This document shows, piece by piece, positions 1-9,152 of a stretch of 64,000 nt of DNA. Under the pieces are notes generated by a model, which had not been told where the DNA came from, did no database searches, and saw only the letters and a program-made list of their open reading frames with translations. The number at the start of each line of letters is the position of its first letter. Positions within the stretch are counted from its first letter, which is position 1. This DNA comes from an uncultured Akkermansia sp. (GTDB taxonomy: Bacteria > Verrucomicrobiota > Verrucomicrobiia > Limisphaerales > UBA9464). Where the stretch lies: NCBI GenBank assembly GCA_964430505.1, contig CAYSGH010000001.1, forward strand, positions 43,677 to 107,676. The letters run 5' to 3'. The position numbers were made by a program, and so were the translations under genes.

Positions 1-287
1 GCCAGCCAGAGCAGCGGGACGGACAACCGGTCGAACAACAGCTCCACCCCGAAGTGCGCGTGCGCCGTCGCAAACCAGTCGCCCAGCCGGAGGTCGAGGC
101 TCGGGTCATGGAGGAACAAGAGGCGCGCCGCCTCGGCCGAGAAGACGAGGAAACACAGCAGGTAGGCGGCCTTGGTGAGGCGGGAGACGAGCGGCTCCGG
201 GGCCTTCAGGCCTGCCAACCAAGCCAGGCCCGAGACGAGGAACAGCAGGCCAGGCAACGCCAGCGCGAGGACGAGAAGTGGTTTCAC
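1..287 (-). CDS. dabB: DabB-like proton-conducting membrane subunit (NuoL/ND5-like), N-terminal fragment running off the window
   Basis: Absent from the ORF track because it is open at the window edge. My own minus-strand translation from GTG at 287 gives VKPLLVLALALPGLLFLVSGLAWLAGL...RLGDWFATAHAHFGVELLFDRLSVPLLWL. This is a hydrophobic NuoL/ND5-type N-terminus. It starts 10 nt after the dabA stop, matching the usual DabA/DabB pairing. Confidence 0.6.
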   Translation of the reverse strand, partial: MKPLLVLALALPGLLFLVSGLAWLAGLKAPEPLVSRLTKAAYLLCFLVFSAEAARLLFLHDPSLDLRLGDWFATAHAHFGVELLFDRLSVPLLWL

Positions 288-297
288 GTTGGAAAAT

Positions 298-3255
298 TCA
301 ATGACGAGTGCAGCACACGGCCGTCGTCGCAGCCCCCGGCTCGATCCGGGCCAGCGGCAGGTGGCTCCGATGCCCGCGGTAGTGGTCCGCCGAGCAACGA
401 ACCCTCGGCAACGGGACGTCGTCACCCTCCAGCGGCTCAAACACGCCCGCGCCCCGGTACACCGAGATGGACGCCTTCGCGGCATCCACGCACGCCAGGC
501 GGATCCAGCGGTTCTCCAGCCATTCCTTCAGCTCCGCGTTGGCATGGATGACGGCCAGCACCACCTCCGGGGTGTTTTCCACCACAAACAGGATCCGGAC
601 CGGCTCGTGGATCTCCACCATCTGCCACGTCAAACCCGTCCGCAGGTCCCCTTGCATCCCGTTCATCACCCCGACGAGGCCCGTCACGTTGTGCGGCAGC
701 TTCGTCCCGCACCCCAGCACCTCGTTGTCCACCGTCGAGAAGTAGTACTCGAGGCTGATGCCGCCGCAGACGGGGATGACCGCGCCCAGGATGTTGCCGA
801 GGAACCGCGACGTCGGGTCGGATGCGTGGTCGTAGGAAATGAGGAAGGCACGGCGGTCCAGGAACAGCCCGCGCGTCGTGTCCCGTCGTCCCACGAAGGC
901 GATGGCGTTCGTGGAATGGCCGTACTCGGGCCGCGGCTCCCCCAGGTGCTCCGATCGCTGCATCACGTGGCGGAGCGCCTCCTCCGGTGCGAGCGACGGG
1001 GACGCGACCTCGAACCGCCGGATGCGCTCGTGGGCGTTCCGTCGCCGCGCCTCGTCCAGCACCGCGCGCAGCGCCGTGAGGTCCGGTCCGTGCGTCGCGG
1101 GCATCCGGTCCAGGTCGAAGAGGTCGATGTCGTCGCTGCACGTGTCGTGGTAGCCGCCCAGGAACCACGTGTCGTCCGGGATGACCAGGCCTCGCGAGCG
1201 CAGCTCGGCGCGCACGTCGGGATGGTTCGCCAACGTCGCGAACAACCGCGCGTTCGGGCCGCCTTGCCGCCCGCCGCACGCGCCGCAGTCGTAGGCCGAC
1301 TCATGCGGGTTGTTCAGGCTCGTCGATCCGTGGCCCAGCACCACCACCAGGCGCGCATGGCCCGACTTCATGCCCATCGGCCCCAGGACGTTCCCCACGC
1401 GGTCGGCCATCTCCGACACGCTGAACCCCATGAACAGCCCCCGCGTGGCCTCGCGCGCCGACTCGTCGTGCCGCATGAAGCGCAGCTCCGTGCGCGGCTC
1501 CGGCAGGAACCGCGCGTTCAGCCAGCGCACCAGCCGGGCGTAGCCCAGCGGCGACAACACCCGCAGCACCAACGGGAACAGGCTGAAGAAGCCCAGCACG
1601 ATGGTGCTGAGCAACCCGCGGACGAGCGTCTGCGACGACACGTTTCCGGACCGCACCAGCCGCGACCAAAGCCTGCGCAGCGCCAGGCGCTTCTCGTGCG
1701 TGTCCGCGTGCCCCTCCGCCGGGCCCTCGCGCACCGCGTGCTGGGGCGTCACCACCACGGGGCACAGCGCCACCGGCCCGGCGTCGTCGATCCCCGCGTA
1801 GTCGATCGCGCACCCAAAGAACCCCGCCGCCCCGTGCGTCTCGACCGACGGCTCGATCTCCTCGATGGCACGCCGGATCGACTCCTCGCGGTCGTCGATG
1901 CAAAACACCATCTGCGCCATGGGCCTTCCCGGCGGCCTCCCGAGGCGGCCTGCCGCGAGGTGCTGGCGCAACGGCACCAAAATCAAGCGCTCGTGCCGAC
2001 GCTCGTAGGCCAGGTGGAGGATGCGCCGACGCTCCATCGATCCCGCCGCGTCCACGGCGTCCACCCAACGTCCCATCCGGGTGTCGTCCAACGCCGCCAG
2101 CGCCGCCGCGCCCATCCCCAGCACCTGCGCCGCGTCGAAGGCTGCCGCCACCCGTTCTAGGTCGCCCGGGCCCGCCTGGGTCACCCGCCGCGCCCGCCAC
2201 AACGACGCCCCGCCCAGCTCGCGTCGCGTCGCCGTCACCACCAGGACCAATCGCACCGCCAGGAAGTCCACCAGCCGCGTCGGCACGATGATGTGCGGCG
2301 CGAGCCCCGGCTTCGCCTCCAGCAATGCCATCATTCCGGACCATCCTGGCAACGCGAGCAGCTCCGCCGTCACAAAATCCTCCCACTCGCCCGGGGGCAC
2401 GCCCAGCTCCGCCAGGCATTGCAACACCGCCGACTCGGAGTCCACCCGCGCCGAGCCCAGCCGTTCAAACGCGTCCCGCAAACCCTCCAGCCCCTGCGGG
2501 GCCACGGACGCCCCGCGTGACAGGAGCTGCACGCACGCCTTGAAGAATCCGTCGCAACGCAGCGGCATCGGCCAGTACGCCACCCCTTGGTCCAGGAACG
2601 CCCCCGCCAGCCGGATGAGCGTCGGGTGTACCCGCTCGTCCATGCCCTCGATCACGTCGGCGGGCCGCCGCGGCACGACCGCCTCGGTCGCGCCGAGGCG
2701 CGGCACGCGGGCCAGGCAGCATTCCCACAGCGCACGCGGGCTGCCGTCGGCCAAGGCCTGCCGCGTTGCCTCCGGCAGGTCGTCCCGGAACCGCTCGAGC
2801 CAGTCGCCCTCCTCCAGGTGCCACGGGATCGTTTCCTGCGGCACGGTCCGGCTTCCCGCCTTCAGCCATGCGCCCACTAACTGCCGCCACGTCAGCCGCC
2901 CGGGCAGGATGTCGGCGTCCAGCTCGCGCGCGAGCACCACGTCGATGTCCGCGTCCAGGATGCGTCCCTGCGCCTGCGCCGCGCGATAGGCCGCCTCCGA
3001 CAGGAAGGGCTCCGAACGAAAGGTGCGTCCCGCCTCAAGCACGGCCTGCTCGAAGGGGATGTGCTGGAACGCATGGAGCGTGTTGTGGTGCACGAACACG
3101 CCGATGGGCCCCTGGATGGGCAACAAGTGCGCCGCGTGCGCAAGGACCCCACGCAGCCGCGCCACATCCCCGCCGACTCCATGAACCTCCGCCCCGCCGT
3201 GGTCCGACATCACCATGGAGGTGAAGCATGGGGACAGAGCTTCCGACGACGCCAT
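298..3255 (-). CDS. dabA: DUF2309 family protein, probable inorganic carbon transporter subunit DabA
   Basis: ORF 298..3393 (-). Motifs: HHNTLHAF near the N-terminus, FCIDDRE, and HGSTSLNNPHESAYDCGACGG (the Cys/Asp and His/Cys zinc-site motifs of DabA). Start is uncertain. ATG at 3255 (MASSE, with GGAG about 8-11 nt upstream) is preferred over 3393 or 3216. Confidence 0.85.
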   Translation of the reverse strand: MASSEALSPCFTSMVMSDHGGAEVHGVGGDVARLRGVLAHAAHLLPIQGPIGVFVHHNTLHAFQHIPFEQAVLEAGRTFRSEPFLSEAAYRAAQAQGRILDADIDVVLARELDADILPGRLTWRQLVGAWLKAGSRTVPQETIPWHLEEGDWLERFRDDLPEATRQALADGSPRALWECCLARVPRLGATEAVVPRRPADVIEGMDERVHPTLIRLAGAFLDQGVAYWPMPLRCDGFFKACVQLLSRGASVAPQGLEGLRDAFERLGSARVDSESAVLQCLAELGVPPGEWEDFVTAELLALPGWSGMMALLEAKPGLAPHIIVPTRLVDFLAVRLVLVVTATRRELGGASLWRARRVTQAGPGDLERVAAAFDAAQVLGMGAAALAALDDTRMGRWVDAVDAAGSMERRRILHLAYERRHERLILVPLRQHLAAGRLGRPPGRPMAQMVFCIDDREESIRRAIEEIEPSVETHGAAGFFGCAIDYAGIDDAGPVALCPVVVTPQHAVREGPAEGHADTHEKRLALRRLWSRLVRSGNVSSQTLVRGLLSTIVLGFFSLFPLVLRVLSPLGYARLVRWLNARFLPEPRTELRFMRHDESAREATRGLFMGFSVSEMADRVGNVLGPMGMKSGHARLVVVLGHGSTSLNNPHESAYDCGACGGRQGGPNARLFATLANHPDVRAELRSRGLVIPDDTWFLGGYHDTCSDDIDLFDLDRMPATHGPDLTALRAVLDEARRRNAHERIRRFEVASPSLAPEEALRHVMQRSEHLGEPRPEYGHSTNAIAFVGRRDTTRGLFLDRRAFLISYDHASDPTSRFLGNILGAVIPVCGGISLEYYFSTVDNEVLGCGTKLPHNVTGLVGVMNGMQGDLRTGLTWQMVEIHEPVRILFVVENTPEVVLAVIHANAELKEWLENRWIRLACVDAAKASISVYRGAGVFEPLEGDDVPLPRVRCSADHYRGHRSHLPLARIEPGAATTAVCCTRH

Positions 3256-3414
3256 CCCGTCTCCGGGCGACGGTTCGGCACCCCGGCACGGGACCCCCAT
3301 TCGGGACGCGAACCCTAGCCTGACGACGGGATACCCGGTACGCGAGGCCACCGGGCAGATTCTCGGACGGGACGGGCCTTCCATGGCCTGCACGTCGAAA
3401 ACACAGGATTCGTC

Positions 3415-5040
3415 ATGTCATCGCCTGCATCCATCGCACGTCCGGCCGGGCCCGCGCCCGTCGGCAACCTCGACGGCTTCCGCCGTCACCTCGGCAAGGA
3501 CCTCATGTCGGGGTTCCTGGTCTTCCTGATCGCCCTGCCCCTGTGCCTGGGCATCTCCGTGGCGTCGGGCGCGCCCGCCATCGCCGGCATCTTCACCGCC
3601 GTCATGGGCGGCATGCTGACGCCGTTCCTGAGCAACTCGGAACTCACCATCAAGGGTCCGGCGGCGGGCATGATCGTCATCGTGCTCGGCGCGATGACGG
3701 ACCTGGGCTACGAGAAGGCATTGGCCGTGGGCGTCGTCGCCGGCGTGATCCAGGTCCTGTTCGGGCTGTTTCGCCTCGGGACGTTGGGCGAGTTCTTCCC
3801 GGTCGCGGCCGTGCACGGGATGCTGGCCGCCATCGGCGTCATCATCGTCTCCAAGCAGGTGCACGTCGCGCTCGGGGTGGCCGCCAAGTCCAAGGAACCG
3901 CTGGAGCTCCTCGCCGAGATCCCGCACTCGGTCATGAGCCTGAACCCCGAGCTCGCGATCATCGGCGGCATCTCGCTCGCCATCCTCTTCGGCCGACTGC
4001 TCATCAAGCACCCCGTCGTGCAGAGGATTCCCGGGCCCATGGTGGTGCTCATGGTGGCGACCCCGCTGGGCTACGGGTTCCACCTCGAGCAATCGCACTC
4101 CTACCAGTTCATGGGCCATGAATACGCCGTCGGCCCCAAGAACCTCGTCGCCCTGCCCATGAGCATGCTCTCGGCGATCAAGTTCCCGGACTTCTCGGCC
4201 ATCCTGGGCGTCGCGAGCATCAAGTGGATCGTGATGTACTCGCTGGTGGGCACCCTCGAGTCTTTGCTCAGCGCCAAGGCCGTGGACCTGCTCGACCCCT
4301 GGCAACGCCGCACCAACCTCAACCGCGACCTCCTCGCCGTCGGCCTCGCCAACACCGCCGTCTCCTTCCTCGGCGGCCTTCCCATGATCTCCGAGATCGT
4401 CCGCTCGTCGGCGAACCGCAACAACGGCGCGCGCACCCGCTGGGCCAACTTCTGGCACGGGACGCTCCTCCTGGTCCTGGTCGCCGCCGTGCCCTCGCTC
4501 CTGAACCACATCCCCCTGGCCGCCCTGGCCGGCATGTTGGTCTTCACCGGCTACAACCTCGCCGCGCCCAAGGAGTTCTTCCACATGTGGCACGTCGGCA
4601 AGGGCCAGTTCCTAGTCTTCGTCGTCACGATGGTGGCGACCCTGGCCACCGACCTGCTCGTCGGGATCGCGGCGGGCATCGTGATGAAGCTCGTGCTGCA
4701 CGTGGCCGCCGGGGTGTCCCCCGGGGCCTTGTTCGTCCCCAGCGTGCATCCCACGGTTTGCGAGACCACCGGCGACCCCGTCCTCCGCGTCCGCAAGGCC
4801 GCCGTCTTCTCCAACTGGCTTCCGATCCGCAGCCGCCTGCTGGGGATGAAGAACCAGGCCCCACGCGTCCGCGTGGACCTCTCGGAGGCGCACCTCGTGG
4901 ACCACAGCGTCATCAAGAAGCTCGAGGAAATGGCGCAGGACTGGAAGCTGGAGAACCGCGAACTCCTCGTCGTGGGCCTCGATGAACACCAACCCGTCTC
5001 GGACCATCCCCTGGCCGCCCGCATGCGCCCCAAGGCCTGA
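3415..5040 (+). CDS. SulP family inorganic anion transporter with C-terminal STAS-like domain
   Basis: 541 aa starting at ATG. Polytopic membrane core ([22 protein letters not shown]..., [21 protein letters not shown]) followed by a soluble C-terminal tail ([21 protein letters not shown]). Divergently transcribed from dabA. Confidence 0.85.
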   Translation: MSSPASIARPAGPAPVGNLDGFRRHLGKDLMSGFLVFLIALPLCLGISVASGAPAIAGIFTAVMGGMLTPFLSNSELTIKGPAAGMIVIVLGAMTDLGYEKALAVGVVAGVIQVLFGLFRLGTLGEFFPVAAVHGMLAAIGVIIVSKQVHVALGVAAKSKEPLELLAEIPHSVMSLNPELAIIGGISLAILFGRLLIKHPVVQRIPGPMVVLMVATPLGYGFHLEQSHSYQFMGHEYAVGPKNLVALPMSMLSAIKFPDFSAILGVASIKWIVMYSLVGTLESLLSAKAVDLLDPWQRRTNLNRDLLAVGLANTAVSFLGGLPMISEIVRSSANRNNGARTRWANFWHGTLLLVLVAAVPSLLNHIPLAALAGMLVFTGYNLAAPKEFFHMWHVGKGQFLVFVVTMVATLATDLLVGIAAGIVMKLVLHVAAGVSPGALFVPSVHPTVCETTGDPVLRVRKAAVFSNWLPIRSRLLGMKNQAPRVRVDLSEAHLVDHSVIKKLEEMAQDWKLENRELLVVGLDEHQPVSDHPLAARMRPKA

Positions 5041-5098
5041 TGGCCACGCCCCCGGCCCCGGCGAGACGTTCACGGCTGTGCCATTACCGACACGCTCC

Positions 5099-5860
5099 AT
5101 GACCCCTTCACGCATCGTCCCCGTCCGCGCGACCCGCTGGTCCATCGCCCTTGCGGCCGCCCTTGCTGGGTCGGCCGCCCAGGGCGCCGAGATCAGCGAG
5201 AACGCGAACATGTGGATCAGCTACTTCGGGGACCACCCCATCGGCACCCACCGCTGGGGCGTTCATCTCGAAGGCCAGGCCCGCCTCGCCCAGATGGGCG
5301 ACCCCTGGCAGCAGATCCTCATCCGCCCCGGCATCAATTACGCGCTCAACCCAAGCATCACGTTGTCCGGCGGCTATTGCTTCATCGAGCAGTTCCCGTA
5401 CGGCGAGTTCCCCGTCGCCCATGACTACCCGATTCACGCATCCTGGGAGCAGGTGGCCTACACCCATCCCGCCTTCGGGTTGAACTGGATGCACCGGGCG
5501 CGGCTGGAGCAGCGATGGATCGGCCAGATGCACAAGCTGGGCGAAAGCTGGGACGTCGCCGACTACCGCTACGAGAACCGCGTCCGCACCATGCTCCGCA
5601 CCACCATCCCCCTCACGCGCGACAAGAGCTGGTACGTCGCCCTCTGGGATGAGGTGTTCGTCAACTTCGGCGACAACGTCCTCCGGAACGACTTCGACCA
5701 AAACCGCGCCACCATCGCCCTCGGGCGCAACCTCTCGAAGTACGTGCGCCTCGAGGTCGGCTTCATGGAGCAGACCCTCCAACGACGCGGCGGCAACGTC
5801 TGGGAACACAACCACACCTTGTCCGTCTCCCTCTTCTCCAAGGCACCCTTCGGGAACTAG
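5099..5860 (+). CDS. DUF2490-like secreted/outer-membrane protein
   Basis: ORF 4982..5860. ATG at 5099 gives a signal peptide (MTPSRIVPVRATRWSIALAAALAGSAAQG). Beta-rich sequence with RARLEQRWIGQ and YRYENRVRTMLR motifs resembling DUF2490, recalled from memory. Confidence 0.55.
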   Translation: MTPSRIVPVRATRWSIALAAALAGSAAQGAEISENANMWISYFGDHPIGTHRWGVHLEGQARLAQMGDPWQQILIRPGINYALNPSITLSGGYCFIEQFPYGEFPVAHDYPIHASWEQVAYTHPAFGLNWMHRARLEQRWIGQMHKLGESWDVADYRYENRVRTMLRTTIPLTRDKSWYVALWDEVFVNFGDNVLRNDFDQNRATIALGRNLSKYVRLEVGFMEQTLQRRGGNVWEHNHTLSVSLFSKAPFGN

Positions 5861-5905
5861 CCCGGCGTCGCGCCCGGCGTGCCCGCATGGGACTCGGGTG
5901 ATCCC

Positions 5906-7348
5906 TCAAGGAACCGCGCCCGCGCCCCGGCGGGTGTTCCAGGCCTCCACCAATGCCGGGAACCCGCACCCCTCGCAGAGCGCGTTCGAGGCGTCGCAGA
6001 AGTCCGCCGCCACCTGGAGGAACCCTTGCTGGATGGCCGCCGTGCGTGGCAGCGGCCGCTTCTCGCCGCCCAGGAGCCGAAGCCGGGCCATCTTCAGCAC
6101 CGCGTTGTCCTCGCCGGACGGCCATTCAAGGAAACGCCGCCACACCAGCGCCCGCACGTCGTGCGCCGGGTCCGCCACCGCCAACGCGCGCGCCCAGAGC
6201 CATGGCAGGACCACGTTCACCACAAGGTCCACCAAGCGCGGGCCGCCCAGCAACGGCGAGGGCCGCGTGGCCCCCGACCGCAGCGTCCAATGCGTCTCCC
6301 AGAAGGCATCTCCGGACGGCTGCAACACGCGGGCCACGTTGGCGAACGCCGACGCCGTGTCCGCCGCCTTCAGAATGGCTTCCACGAGCGCCCCGCCGCG
6401 CGGCCCGGCCGCCAGCCAATGCCCCGCCAAGGCCACCCGCCGCTCCGGATGGTTCGCCGGGCGCAACCCCGCCAGCCTCCATGCGTCGCGGGGAAGGCCG
6501 CCCAGCGGCCAGCGCCCCGCCTCGCGCCACCAACGGTCCCACATCGCCCGCAGGTGCCCGGCGTTGGGACCCTCCGGCTGCGCCGGAAGCAGGCCCGACA
6601 AGCCAAACAAGCACGCCTGCGCCCCCAGAAGGTCCATGCGATCGCGTTCCGGCGAAGCCCACTCCGCCAGACAGCGAAGCGGCCACGTGTTGTGCCGGTA
6701 GCCCAACGCCGAGACGAGCCCCTCCCACAACGCCCCCTCCCATCCCCGATGCCGCGCCCGGTGGCTGAATTCCCCCGCCTTGCGGTCCAGTCGATGCCGC
6801 GCCGCCTGCAACAGCAACGCCTCCAGCCCCGCCGTCCCGAGGCGTCGCAAGGGCGCGCAACAGCCGCCGCGAACGTTGGCCGGGATGAGCCCGGGCGCCT
6901 CCCCTTCCAGCCACGGCACCAGGTCCCGCAACGGAGCTTCCAGCCCGTCCTGCATCGTCCACGTCGGCACCGGCGATCCACCCGTGGGCCTCTCCCACAC
7001 GACATGCAGCACGACGGCCCGATAGGCCGGGTTCCGGTCATGCCCATGCACGCTCCAGCCCGAGGCATCCACGTCGATTTCCACGTCCCCCTGAATGGGC
7101 GGGCCGTCGTCCAGGCGGACGATGGCGCCGCGAAAGTCCGGGCCCGGGCCCCGGTTCCAGAAGCCGGGATGCAGGATGCGCAGGGCACGGTCATCCGTCA
7201 GGAGCAGCCCGTCGCGCAGCACGCGTTGGTGCCGCCAGATGTGCTGCAGCCAATGTTCGGGCGGGCGCCCCTCGTCGCGCAGTCCGGATCCGCGCCGCCA
7301 AGCCTGAAGCCCATCCGCATAGAACCCGTCATCGGTTGCTGGAATCAT
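5906..7348 (-). CDS. DUF2851 family protein
   Basis: 480 aa, ATG start. N-terminal WLQHIWRHQ...LRILHPGFWNRGPGPDFRGAIVRLDDGPPIQGDVEIDVDASGWSVHGHDRNPAYRAVVLHVVW matches the DUF2851 signature as I recall it. Confidence 0.7.
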   Translation of the reverse strand: MIPATDDGFYADGLQAWRRGSGLRDEGRPPEHWLQHIWRHQRVLRDGLLLTDDRALRILHPGFWNRGPGPDFRGAIVRLDDGPPIQGDVEIDVDASGWSVHGHDRNPAYRAVVLHVVWERPTGGSPVPTWTMQDGLEAPLRDLVPWLEGEAPGLIPANVRGGCCAPLRRLGTAGLEALLLQAARHRLDRKAGEFSHRARHRGWEGALWEGLVSALGYRHNTWPLRCLAEWASPERDRMDLLGAQACLFGLSGLLPAQPEGPNAGHLRAMWDRWWREAGRWPLGGLPRDAWRLAGLRPANHPERRVALAGHWLAAGPRGGALVEAILKAADTASAFANVARVLQPSGDAFWETHWTLRSGATRPSPLLGGPRLVDLVVNVVLPWLWARALAVADPAHDVRALVWRRFLEWPSGEDNAVLKMARLRLLGGEKRPLPRTAAIQQGFLQVAADFCDASNALCEGCGFPALVEAWNTRRGAGAVP

Positions 7349-7485
7349 GCGGCCGACCTTCGGGGGCGCTCGCGGCCTCCGTCAAAGGGCGGAGCCCCGG
7401 CCATGTGCTGGGGTGCTTGGGAAGGTCCGCTCACGGAGCCGCAGAGGCCACGGATCTCCCGATACATGCGTCGCACCACCCCATC

Positions 7486-7534
7486 GCCCCCCGCCCCCCG
7501 CCCCCCGCTTCCCGCTTCCCGCTTCCCACTTCCC
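7486..7534. repeat. Heptanucleotide tandem array (GCCCCCC)x3 (GCTTCCC)x3 (ACTTCCC)x1, C-rich on the + strand
   Basis: Read directly: seven consecutive 7-nt units with perfect phase. Lies in the divergent intergenic region between DUF2851 (start 7348) and the MBL hydrolase (start 7634). Related arrays occur at 21492-21540 and 41672-41725. Confidence 0.9.
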
Positions 7535-7633
7535 GCCCACGGGCCATCGCCGGCCTCGGGATGCCCTGCGCCCCGTGGCCCCCTTGGTTTCCATGCTCGA
7601 CCACCGGCGGCGGAAGGGCATCATGGCGTTTGA

Positions 7634-9010
7634 ATGTTGATTACGAACCTGAACCCCGACGCCGACATTGGAGCCAGCGCATGGCATGTCGACTTCGAGG
7701 GGCACGGCCTCCTGTTGGACGCCGGCATCCATCCCAAGCGCGAGGGCAAGCACGGGCTTCCGCTCCTCGACCGCGTCCCCAAGAACAGCGTGGACGCCAT
7801 CGCGATTTCCCATTGCCACCACGACCACGTGGGGGCGTTGCCCGTGGCGCTCCGCCGGTTCCCGCACGCCAACGTGCTGATGACCGAGCTGAGCTACTTC
7901 CTCGTCGAGCGCATCCTCCACAACTCGGTGAACGTCATGCAGCGCCAGCGGGACGAGCAGGGGATCCGCGAGTATCCGCTCTACACGCACGAGGAGGTGG
8001 ACGACTACGCGGCGGTCATCATGGGCTACCAGTACGGCCGCCAGGTCGAGTGGACCCACCCGCACCGGCGCAAGGCAGGCAAGACGATGCCCACCCTCGA
8101 GTTCCTCGACGCCGGCCACACCCTCGGGTCCGCCGGCGTCATGGTCCGCGGGGCCAAGGAGTCCCTGCTGTACTCCGGCGACGTCTGCTTCCATGACCAG
8201 ACGATCCTGCGCGGCGCGGACTTTGGGGATGCGCGGGCCGACGTGCTGATCCTGGAGACCACGCGCGGGGCGCGGGCCGCCGTGCCGGGCGTCACCCGCG
8301 AGACCGAGATCGAGCGCCTGCTCACGTCCGTATCCGCCACGTTCAAGCGCAAGGGTTCCGTGTTGATCCCCGCCTTCGGGCTCGGCCGCACCCAGGAGAT
8401 TCTCGCGCAGCTCGCGCTCTGGATGGCGCAGGGCAAGCTCAAGCGCCAGCCCGTGTACATCGGCGGCCTCGGGAAGGTCTTCTCCGAGATCTACGACATC
8501 GAGTCGCACCGGGCCAACCGCAGCCATCGCAACCTCAAGCTCACCGAGGCGCTCGACCTGCGCGTCCTGTCCGTCAACCAGGTCGCGTCCCTGCGCCTCG
8601 CCACGCCCCATCTCTTCGTCCTCACCTCCGGGATGATGAACGAGAACACCGCCGCCCATGACCTTGCCGCCCGGATGGCCCAGGACGAGAAGCACGGCAT
8701 CTTCTTCGTGGGCTACGCGGATCCCGACACCCCCGGCGGCCGCCTCAAGGAAAGCAAGACGGGCAAGCGCTTCCGCTTCAGCGAGGGCGCCGGCGACCTC
8801 AAGCGCCGCTGCATCATGGACGACTTCGACCTGAGCGCCCATGCCCAGCGTGAGGACCTCCTCGGGCTCGTCGCCCGCGTGCAGCCCAAGACCGTCCTCC
8901 TCGGCCACGGCGACGGCCCCGCCCGCGCCTGGATGGCCAAGGAAATCCAACGACGACACCCCCGCATCCGCGTCGTCCAGCCCGGGCCCGGCGAGAAGGT
9001 GAAGGCGTAG
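7634..9010 (+). CDS. MBL-fold metallo-hydrolase, beta-CASP/RNA-metabolising type
   Basis: 458 aa, ATG start. Contains the HxHxDH motif (SHCHHDHVGALP). The later layout (TTRG..., GLGRTQEIL, LGHGD) fits beta-CASP nucleases. Confidence 0.75.
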   Translation: MLITNLNPDADIGASAWHVDFEGHGLLLDAGIHPKREGKHGLPLLDRVPKNSVDAIAISHCHHDHVGALPVALRRFPHANVLMTELSYFLVERILHNSVNVMQRQRDEQGIREYPLYTHEEVDDYAAVIMGYQYGRQVEWTHPHRRKAGKTMPTLEFLDAGHTLGSAGVMVRGAKESLLYSGDVCFHDQTILRGADFGDARADVLILETTRGARAAVPGVTRETEIERLLTSVSATFKRKGSVLIPAFGLGRTQEILAQLALWMAQGKLKRQPVYIGGLGKVFSEIYDIESHRANRSHRNLKLTEALDLRVLSVNQVASLRLATPHLFVLTSGMMNENTAAHDLAARMAQDEKHGIFFVGYADPDTPGGRLKESKTGKRFRFSEGAGDLKRRCIMDDFDLSAHAQREDLLGLVARVQPKTVLLGHGDGPARAWMAKEIQRRHPRIRVVQPGPGEKVKA

Positions 9011-9152
9011 CTGGAGGACGGCTCCGGCCGGCATCCGTGGGCGAGGAAGGGCGAGGCTCGCCAAGCCCGTTGCGTTGCCCAAGGATGCGGCCGTGAACCG
9101 AGCGACGGAGACGGCGGCGGTGTCCCCGCCCGGCGGGAGGCTCCCGGCCGGA

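Noticed and set aside
172-2160. 662-aa + strand ORF (and 54..551, 437..1279, 1301..2419 and others) overlapping dabA
   Set aside because: These are Arg/Pro/Ala/Gly-rich shadow frames antisense or out of frame to a gene with clear DabA motifs. They have no recognisable domains and are a typical artefact of high GC content.
7486-7534. Heptamer arrays interpreted as a CRISPR array or as coding sequence (the recurring PRFPLP peptides in several ORF-track frames)
   Set aside because: The units are 7 nt with no spacers, so this is not CRISPR. The PRFPLP-containing ORFs are different shadow frames at each locus and overlap real genes, so the similarity lies at the DNA level.
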